This document shows positions 22,139 to 28,554 of a DNA stretch of 64,000 nucleotides, piece after piece. A program made the translations under genes and the position numbers. The notes beneath the pieces were generated by a model. The model searched no databases, was not told the DNA's origin, and saw only the letters and a program-made list of their open reading frames with translations. Source of the stretch: Leptolyngbyaceae cyanobacterium clean351 (lineage in GTDB: Bacteria; Cyanobacteriota; Cyanobacteriia; DAIDHW01); NCBI GenBank assembly GCA_027451865.1, contig DAIDHW010000007.1:18050-82049 (forward strand). The letters run 5' to 3'. Numbering within the stretch: the stretch's first letter is position 1; every line of letters begins with the position of its first letter.

Positions 22139-22896
22139 GCCTTCACCAGCTGCCGGGCTAGGTCGAGGTCAAAGTAGGTAGCCCCCCCGGCCTCTCCCTG
22201 GAGAACCTGAAAGGGTAGGTCTGGTTCCCCTAGGTGGTCAAGTACCAGTAGGGCCCCCTGGAAGTCTTGGTGACGGGTGTAGCCGTTAACGGTGATCACC
22301 GTGGGTATCCCAGCTGCGAGGGCGGACTTGAGGCCGTTACTAGAATCCTCCACAGCCAAACAATCGGTCGCCTTCAGGTCCAGGTGCTCAAGAGTATAAG
22401 TGTAGATATCGGGAGCAGGCTTTTTAGCGGGTACCAAGTCACCAGCCGCGATCACCTCAAACCACCCCAAACTCTCAGCCCCCAGGGTACTACTCAGGAG
22501 GGCCGTGACGTTGGCGGGGGTGGTGGTGGTGGCAATAGCTAACCGCAGGCCGGCGCTGCGGGCGCAGTGCAGGAGGCGGGCTACCCCCGGGCGCAAGGGG
22601 ATCTCCCCTTTAGCGATCAACCGAGTGTAGTGCTCGGTCTTAGCCCAGTGCAGTTGGGCAATCAGGGCCTCTAGGTTCTCAGGGAGGGGGGAGTCCTGCC
22701 GGTACTGGTCAAGATAGAAGCGCATCCGCTCCTTACCCCCGGTAACTGCTAGCAGGTCTCCGTAGAGCTCTACAGACCAATTCCAGTCTAGGCCCGCCTC
22801 AGCAAAAGCCTGATTAAAAGCTAGGCGATGCCCATCCCGCTCCGTGTCCGCTAGGGTGCCATCAACGTCAAAAATTAGCGCTTGTAGGTCGGCCAT
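22135..22896 (-). CDS. cbbY: CbbY-like HAD hydrolase
   Basis: FDVDGTLADTERDGHR.AFN, GGKERM, KKPAPDIY, EDS.NGL. Confidence 0.85.
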   Translation of the reverse strand: MADLQALIFDVDGTLADTERDGHRLAFNQAFAEAGLDWNWSVELYGDLLAVTGGKERMRFYLDQYRQDSPLPENLEALIAQLHWAKTEHYTRLIAKGEIPLRPGVARLLHCARSAGLRLAIATTTTPANVTALLSSTLGAESLGWFEVIAAGDLVPAKKPAPDIYTYTLEHLDLKATDCLAVEDSSNGLKSALAAGIPTVITVNGYTRHQDFQGALLVLDHLGEPDLPFQVLQGEAGGATYFDLDLARQLVKA

Positions 22897-22968
22897 GTCA
22901 TCTTTCCTTGATTAAGGTCCGCCGTCTCATCTTACCTCTGACTGACAAGACTACCCCCCAGGGGGATG

Positions 22969-23532
22969 CTAGTGGCCGACTGTCAAGGGTTGGGGAAAAA
23001 CTGGGTAGTCTAGTTCTACCTCTAGATGCCGCATCACCCGGGCGACGCTTTCCTCGACGGTTTCCTGGTCCGTAGGACAGAGGACTTCCGGCTGTTCGGG
23101 GGGCTCGTAGGGGTCGTCAATGCCGGTGAAGTTCTTGATTTGGCCGGCCCGAGCTTTCTTGTAAAGTCCCTTGACGTCCCGCTGTTCGCAAACCGCTAGG
23201 GGGGCTTGGACGTACACCTCTACAAAGTTACCAATGAGTTGCCGCACATGCTCCCGCATCTGGCGATAGGGGGAAATGGCCGAGACCAGAACAATCACCC
23301 CATTACGGGTTAGCAAGGAGGCGACAAAGGCAATCCGCCGGACATTTTCGTCTCGGTCTTCGCGACTAAAGCCCAAGCCCTTAGTCAGAAATTCACGTAC
23401 TACATCCCCGTCCAGGACTTCGACTTTGCGGCCCTGGCGGCGCAACTGTTCAGCCACGGCACGGCTGATAGTGGTCTTACCGGCACCACTAAGGCCGGTG
23501 AACCATACTGTAAGTCCTGTTTCTTGGATCAT
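22969..23532 (-). CDS. cysC: Adenylyl-sulfate kinase
   Basis: WFTGLSGAGKTT, LDGD, RDVKGLYKKARAG.IKNFTGIDDPYE. Confidence 0.95.
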   Translation of the reverse strand: MIQETGLTVWFTGLSGAGKTTISRAVAEQLRRQGRKVEVLDGDVVREFLTKGLGFSREDRDENVRRIAFVASLLTRNGVIVLVSAISPYRQMREHVRQLIGNFVEVYVQAPLAVCEQRDVKGLYKKARAGQIKNFTGIDDPYEPPEQPEVLCPTDQETVEESVARVMRHLEVELDYPVFPQPLTVGH

Positions 23533-23619
23533 GGATGGGGATGGTGCTTGAGGTCTGGGTTTTACTACAGGAGGGAAAATGGTTTCTCCGCCTTGGGGAA
23601 TAGGAGGAATTCAGGCTAT

Positions 23620-23666
23620 TGTGACATGATTTGTGTGACATGATCTGTAGGGCAGTGCCGGATTTG
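23620..23666. repeat. Direct repeat TGTGACATGAT x2 plus tRNA-3'-like 17-mer (putative att/arm sites)
   Basis: 11-mer at 23620-23630 and 23634-23644; minus strand of 23650-23666 reads CAAATCCGGCACTGCCC, resembling a tRNA T-arm/acceptor end; lies upstream of the integrase. Confidence 0.45.
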
Positions 23667-23779
23667 CCTTTAGCAACTATGCCTTGAACGTTCATGAATT
23701 GAGCAGGGGGGCTATTGACCTGGACTTCTAGGCAGTTAAGGGCTTTGGCTATACTGGCTGAAAAGACCAGGTCCCGCCC

Positions 23780-24922
23780 ATGGCTTCCTCCCCCCCGACC
23801 AAAAAATCCCCTAAGGGAACGGTAGTAGTCCGCAACTTCCAAGGTAGACTACGCCTGGTCTGGTCCTTTGGGGGTAGGCGTTATTGTCTGTCAACGGGGT
23901 TTCCCGACGGCAAGGTCAACCGTCTGGCAGCGGAGGCCAAGGCGCGCCAGATTGAGCTGGATATGATTACGGGTAACTTCAACCCGACTCTGGAGAAGTA
24001 CGATCCCCGCCGTTCCCTCAAAGATAAACCCGTAGAGCTGGCAGCGATTCCTTTGTTGGAACGGTTTATTCTTCACAAACAAAAAGAAGTCTACCACCGC
24101 ACCCTAGAAAAGTACCGGACGGCTCTCGAGTACCTACGGCAGTTTCTAGCTCAGGACTCCCGACGCGTCCTAGACGTGAAAAGTGCCGAACGCCTAGTGG
24201 ATTATCTACGTCCCCGCTTGGCTCCCGTCACCCTCAAGGAGCGTTTGACCATCTACGCGGCTGGCTGGCGGTGGGGGGTGGAGCAGGGGTTGGTGACAAG
24301 TAACCCTTGGGAAGGTTTGCCCGGGAGAGTCAAGGTACCCCCTAAACAGATGCCCCGGCCCTTCACCCAAGGGGAGGTAGAGGCAATTCTCCAGGGGTTT
24401 CGCGAGCACCCCCGTTACTGTCACTACAGTGATTTTGTCAGTTTCCTCTTTGGTACCGGTTGCCGGACTGGAGAGGCGATTGGCCTGCGCTGGGGACATC
24501 TGCACCCGGATTGCTCCGGGGTCTGGTTTGGTGAGAGTATTTCCCGGGGGGTGAGAAAGGCTACCAAAACTAATCGAGCCCGGTCAGTGACTTTACCTAA
24601 AAGCCTGCAAGTCTTGCTGCTGGCCCGACGGCCCCAAGACCCCCACCCAGACGACCTAGTATTCACTGCTGCCTGGGGTGGGATTATCAATGACCACAAC
24701 TTTCGCGACCGGGTTTGGAAACCCGTACTGCAACTAGCAGGGGTGGATTACCGCAAACCCTACACAACCCGCCACACTCTTATTAGCCATGCCCTAGCCA
24801 TGGGTATGGACCCGGTCACCCTAGCGCAGTTAGCCGGCCATGACGTGGAGACTCTTTACCAAAACTACGCCGGTTCGGTAAGTTCTCGGCCGCGGTTACC
24901 GGATATGTTGTCAGGAGGATAA
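23780..24922 (+). mobile_element. Tyrosine recombinase/integrase with N-terminal arm-DNA-binding domain
   Basis: N-terminal GRLRLVWSFGGRRY.LSTG..D...NR..AE..A.QIE.D; catalytic residues GCRTGEA (R), KATKT (K), YTTRH, LAGH, QNY. Confidence 0.92.
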
Positions 24923-25574
24923 TCACCGTAAAAAAGCACGCTCTGGGGGGGAGGCGGACCGGTTTGGGGTCAAGATTCGCCCTGTGGCCTTCCTGAGGCA
25001 ATCTGCCGCCATCAGGTACAATCCCAAGTGCCTACCCGGAATCAGCGGTTTGAGGGGGTTTTAGGCCTAAGTATATATGCTCACTAGTGTAGTGTGGCTC
25101 AGATCTACTCCGCCGGGTCTGGGGAGTTGGTCTATCCCCGGTCACCCTCAGAGCTACTCCTGATAGAGCCGGGAAAAAAATTGAAATGAAAATGAGATGC
25201 TTGTTTCTAGCCTAACCGCTAAATTACTTTCTAGCATGGTTTTTAGAGATTTACGCTCCACTGGACAGAAGTGGAGTTCAGTTGCTCCCAGGGGGAGTGA
25301 CGGGCTCAGGTCTCGAAGCTTAGGGCAGTCCCAGGGGGAAAAGAGGGCAGCGTGGACTTCCGGGGGCGGTGCTCGGTAAGACTATCCCCGCCAATGGGCC
25401 GGCGGTAAACTCCCTCAGCAGAAGATCTAGCAGGAGGCGGGGCTGTGGGAATCACCACGAGAAATCGACCACTTGTTGAGTAAGCGATGGACTTCCTAGA
25501 GGCAGGCCGCAAGATTGGGGAGGTGCCCCGCTCAAGCCGTCGGGGAAATTAATTCTGGTGGGGTTGGCTTGGTA

Positions 25575-25610
25575 GTCTCTGACCAATTAGTATCCCCGAC
25601 AAGTAGGAGC
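25575..25610 (-). repeat. Highly degenerate CRISPR repeat abutting the stop codon of the roadblock-like gene
   Basis: GCTCCTACTTGTCGGGGATACTAATTGGTCAGAGAC vs GTCCCCACTCGCTGGGGACATCAATTGAATGGAAAC: 22/36 ungapped, nearly all mismatches are transitions. Confidence 0.65.
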
Positions 25611-25987
25611 TAGAGTTTGAGCTTGAATTCTATCTCTTGCAGTTTAATCAAAGTTATCCCCAGGTTGCCATCGTGGCGGCTTACGGCAACGTAAAAGAAC
25701 AGCCCATACAAGTATTTAGTCAAATGCATGAGATGATACTGAGTCTCAAGGGTAATGGTGATGTCTTCAATTTTGTCCTTAAAGCCAAGAGCCTCAGCCG
25801 CCCTGGCTTTTGCCCGAATCACTTCTGTGTTGACAGCAATTGCTAGGGCCAGTTTCTGCTTGGGAAAAAGGGGGCTATCAGTACCTGTGTAATCGAGACA
25901 GGTACCATTTTTCCAATCCCCTAGGGCGGCCCCGAAAACACCATTGAGAGCTACTAGCTCTTCTAAACATTGACGAATATTTGACAT
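25610..25987 (-). CDS. Roadblock/LC7-like (profilin-fold) small protein
   Basis: L..L..LNG..GAALGD...G..L, NTEVIRAK......LG..DKIEDI.ITL..QYHL, LFFYVAV.R...NLG pattern. Confidence 0.7.
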   Translation of the reverse strand: MSNIRQCLEELVALNGVFGAALGDWKNGTCLDYTGTDSPLFPKQKLALAIAVNTEVIRAKARAAEALGFKDKIEDITITLETQYHLMHLTKYLYGLFFYVAVSRHDGNLGITLIKLQEIEFKLKL

Positions 25988-26163
25988 GACGACTAACAGC
26001 CTGACGATAGGGTTTCTATGGAAGTAATGAGAGTGTTCAGATTATAGAGTATGTTAGTTTTGTGGTCATCTCAACTGCCCTCACCCATGAAGTTTTGTAA
26101 GGGCCTAGGGGGGAAGTCGGGTTGACCATGGCGCGCACCACTCCCGAGGGAAAGAATCCCTAA

Positions 26164-26212
26164 TTTATACCACTTTATACCACGATCCCACACCGTCGGG
26201 GCGAGAGAACTT
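26164..26212. repeat. Direct repeat TTTATACCAC x2 plus tRNA-Pro-3'-like fragment (putative att remnant)
   Basis: 10-mer at 26164-26173 and 26174-26183 (variant at 26277-26287); minus strand of 26195-26212 reads AAGTTCTCTCGCCCCGAC. Confidence 0.45.
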
Positions 26213-26293
26213 AGGACCTCGAGGTACTGGTCCGATGGATCACCAAGTCAAAGTTGAGGCGAGAATGGAGGGCGTGTTTATAACCACTCCTAT

Positions 26294-26591
26294 GACTCCT
26301 AGGCAGTGGCTATGCTGGCTGAAAAGACCGGCTCCCGCCCATGGCCCCCTCCTCCCCGCCCAAGAAATCCCCCAGGAGAATGGTAGTAGTCCACAACATT
26401 AGACTGCGCTTATTCTGGTGGTCCTTTGGGGGCAGGCGTTATTGTCTGTCGACTGGGTTTGCTACGGCAAGGCCAACCGTCTGGCAGCGGAGGCCAAGGC
26501 GCGTCAGCTTCAACCCGACTCTGGAGAAGTACGACCACCGCCGTTCCCGCAAAGATAAACCCGTAGAGCTGGCGGCGATTCCTTTATTGGA
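26294..26591 (+). pseudogene. Truncated, frameshifted duplicate of the integrase 5' region
   Basis: Clear nucleotide similarity to 23723-24060 (upstream sequence, MA.S.P.KKSP, WSFGGRRYCLSTGF, FNPTLEKYD, DKPVELAAIPLL) with indels; no catalytic domain. Confidence 0.88.
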
Positions 26592-27084
26592 TCTGGAAAC
26601 AGCTCCCCCGGTAATTGAGGTTGTGGTAGCCAGGATAAATCATCGGAATCACGGTGGGGATGGGCTGGTTGGGGTTAGCTCCAGGTTGGTGGGGATCAAC
26701 AGGCTGGACGAAACACTGACCAGAACTAGGTATGGCAGAATCGTAGACCCCAATGATGAAGGTCTTGTATCGTTGTGCCACCTGAGGGGTGACGGTTAGG
26801 GTGTAGGCACAGTTGGCACCATTCTGAGTCACGGTGCCTGGGAATAGGCGGTTGGACTGGTTATCGACACCAAAGACCGTGATCGTGTTGCAAGACCGAC
26901 CCGGGAATATGGTGCCGGTGACGGTCGTATATACTGTCCGCTTATACGGAGGGATAGTAGGAGTGTAGCGGTAGCCAGGAGTATATGTGGGGGCAAGGGA
27001 TGGGTTAACTTGCGCCAGGGAGGGGGAGGCTAAGGTGATGGCACCAAGGCTAGTGAGGCAAAATGTGGTCAGTAGTAGCTTCAT
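26584..27084 (-). CDS. Hypothetical secreted protein (166 aa, cassette 4)
   Basis: Signal peptide MKLLLTTFCLTSLGAITLASPSLA-Q, Pro/Tyr/Thr-rich linker, four Cys in the mature part; the longer start in the ORF track runs through a repeat. Confidence 0.7.
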   Translation of the reverse strand: MKLLLTTFCLTSLGAITLASPSLAQVNPSLAPTYTPGYRYTPTIPPYKRTVYTTVTGTIFPGRSCNTITVFGVDNQSNRLFPGTVTQNGANCAYTLTVTPQVAQRYKTFIIGVYDSAIPSSGQCFVQPVDPHQPGANPNQPIPTVIPMIYPGYHNLNYRGSCFQIQ

Positions 27085-27117
27085 AGGAGTGTGAAAAGGT
27101 TTTCTTAAATCTCGTTT

Positions 27118-27224
27118 ATTACCATTCGACTTATATCCCCAGCGAGTGGGGATTGTCAACATGCTCTTGTACTCAAGACCAGGGCTACCATCCCCTTGAA
27201 TTAACATCCCCGGTAGATCCGCAA
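27118..27224 (-). CRISPR. Degenerate mini-array (repeat, 35-nt spacer, repeat)
   Basis: 27118-27153 matches the consensus 29/36; 27189-27224 matches 19/36 ungapped; 71-nt period is close to that of the main array. Confidence 0.7.
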
Positions 27225-27358
27225 TAGGCACTGTAAAGGAGGGCAACTAGTCCAGGCGGGGGCAGACTTGGCGACTAATTCTCAACTTGGGGAAGATGAG
27301 GAGGGGGCCTCGAATAAAACCCGAGGGATATTGGCGTTTATCCCCCGCCTCAGGCAAG

Positions 27359-27733
27359 TTAAGGGGAACTAAGGTAGGCCCAATCAAAGCAGTAATGATT
27401 GCCGTTTACCATTACCCCGCAACTGGCGTGCAGGTTGCCGATGCGATGGGAGTATCCTTTCTGGGCCACTGTCACAACTTGGTCAAACCAAGTGGTCACT
27501 CCCGGGGGAAAGGTCTGCTGGGAGTCAACATGAGCGATATTCATAAAGCTATCATCTTCAGCTGAACCGTCGTAAACTCGGAAGATTGATAACTTTACCT
27601 CGTGCTCACTAACAGGCTGAACCGTGACACACATTGCGGAGTCACAGTGGGTGGTGGAGTCGGCCCGGACTGGTAAGGCCAGGAACAAGGAACCGGCAGT
27701 TGCCAGTGATAACAGGATGTATTTTCTCAGCAT
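27359..27733 (-). CDS. Hypothetical secreted protein (124 aa, cassette 3)
   Basis: Signal peptide MLRKYILLSLATAGSLFLALPVRA-D, four Cys, GGAG RBS upstream. Confidence 0.7.
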   Translation of the reverse strand: MLRKYILLSLATAGSLFLALPVRADSTTHCDSAMCVTVQPVSEHEVKLSIFRVYDGSAEDDSFMNIAHVDSQQTFPPGVTTWFDQVVTVAQKGYSHRIGNLHASCGVMVNGNHYCFDWAYLSSP

Positions 27734-27843
27734 CAGCTATCTCCAGGGATTCTTACAGGGTATATTTCGTACAAGCATATTATCAAGACTCATTAACTAA
27801 GATCAATACTTAGAATGACTTAGCCAAGAGATTGGTATCTTAG

Positions 27844-27882
27844 ATTTCCATCAGCTAAAAGACGTCCCCGGGGAGTAGGGAG
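27844..27882 (-). repeat. Degenerate CRISPR repeat
   Basis: + strand ATTTCCATCAGCTAAAAGACGTCCCCGGGGAGTAGGGAG: retains TTTCCAT, and the last 22 nt match the consensus 17/22, with a 3-nt insertion. Confidence 0.6.
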
Positions 27883-27924
27883 CCTCGTAGGTGTTTGGTT
27901 TGCTCCCACGTGGGAGCGGTTACT

Positions 27925-28158
27925 TCACCCCCGCACTAACTCCCACAAGCCGGGATCCTCCCTTGCTGGAATAAAGGTGTAACGGCAGGTGAAGAACAGG
28001 GTAACCTGCATTTGCAACACGGCAGTGTGCTCCTCTTTGACTATCCAGCGGTACTTGTGTTGAATGCCCCCTTGATTGGAGTTAAGGTGCTCAGCCTAGG
28101 CAATGAGAGTACGGGGCACGTTATCGCCAGGCCAGTTAGAGGGTGATAATACCACCAC
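27925..28158 (-). pseudogene. 77-codon small gene (cassette 2) with in-frame TAG at codon 21
   Basis: TATAAT (28187-28192), AGGAGG (28164-28169), GTG at 28158; MVVLSPSNWPGDNVPRTLIA*AEHLNSNQGGIQHKYRWIVKEEHTAVLQMQVTLFFTCRYTFIPAREDPGLWELVRG; aligns with cassette 1. Confidence 0.7.
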
Positions 28159-28209
28159 GTAAGCCTCCTATAGGTTAGTTACTATTATTATAATACAAAT
28201 CCCCAGAGT

Positions 28210-28245
28210 CATGCCATTCAATTGATGTCGCCAGCGAGTGGGGAC
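28210..28245 (-). repeat. Near-consensus CRISPR repeat separated from the array by a 309-nt insert
   Basis: CATGCCATTCAATTGATGTCGCCAGCGAGTGGGGAC, 32/36 identical to the consensus. Confidence 0.92.
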
Positions 28246-28252
28246 TACATAC

Positions 28253-28487
28253 TCAATCGTTTTCGCCTTGGAGCCTGTAACCCCCGTCTACGAGTATGAG
28301 TACATATGTGTACAGCACACCGTATACCGAGAGCGTTAACACGACCGACTTGTCATCACGTACCGTTTGGCCTAGCACGCGGTGTCTGATACCCCACGTA
28401 GCTATTTTGGGTCAAACAACTGCGCCACTCTTGGAGGCTATAGACCGTGTCTGGATCGGTATACCAACTTCCCGGTTTGTAAGGCAT
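28253..28487 (-). pseudogene. 77-codon small gene (cassette 1) with one extra base in a G4 run
   Basis: TTGTCG-N18-TACAAT (28545-28516), GGAGGAGG (28492-28499), ATG at 28487; removing one G at 28392-28395 gives MPYKPGSWYTDPDTVYSLQEWRSCLTQNSYVGIRHRVLGQTVRDDKSVVLTLSVYGVLYTYVLILVDGGYRLQGEND. Confidence 0.7.
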
Positions 28488-28554
28488 ATCGCCTCCTCCA
28501 TCGATTTACAGTCCCATTGTAGGACGTTTGCATCATCTCCGACAATCTGCCGAT

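Noticed and set aside
5-23500. Numerous short antisense or overlapping ORFs in the housekeeping regions
   Set aside because: They are shadow ORFs of GC-rich genes on the opposite strand or in other frames.
23780-24922. Classical integron integrase IntI
   Set aside because: It has an N-terminal arm-binding domain, I see no IntI-specific insertion, and it is convergent with rather than divergent from the cassettes. The integron comparison is only an analogy.
26190-26260. Complete tRNA gene
   Set aside because: Only about 18 nt resemble a tRNA 3' end; no cloverleaf can be built.
26341-26799. 152-aa ORF as a functional second integrase
   Set aside because: It is a frameshifted arm-domain fragment fused to the antisense of the cassette-4 gene, with no catalytic residues.
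27085-27246. N-terminal extension of ORF 26584..27246
   Set aside because: It runs through the degenerate repeats (IPTRWGYKSNGN); the signal peptide starts at Met 27084.
27255-27295. Possible third repeat of the mini-array (...CTAATTCTCAACTTGGGGAA)
   Set aside because: Similarity is too low to separate from chance.
27844-28245. tracrRNA/anti-repeat of a type II or V system
   Set aside because: The copies are in the same orientation as the array and bracket ORFs; no cas9 or cas12 is present in the window.
28246-28554. IS, MITE or group II intron inserted in the array
   Set aside because: No terminal inverted repeats, transposase or intron domain V motif is visible.
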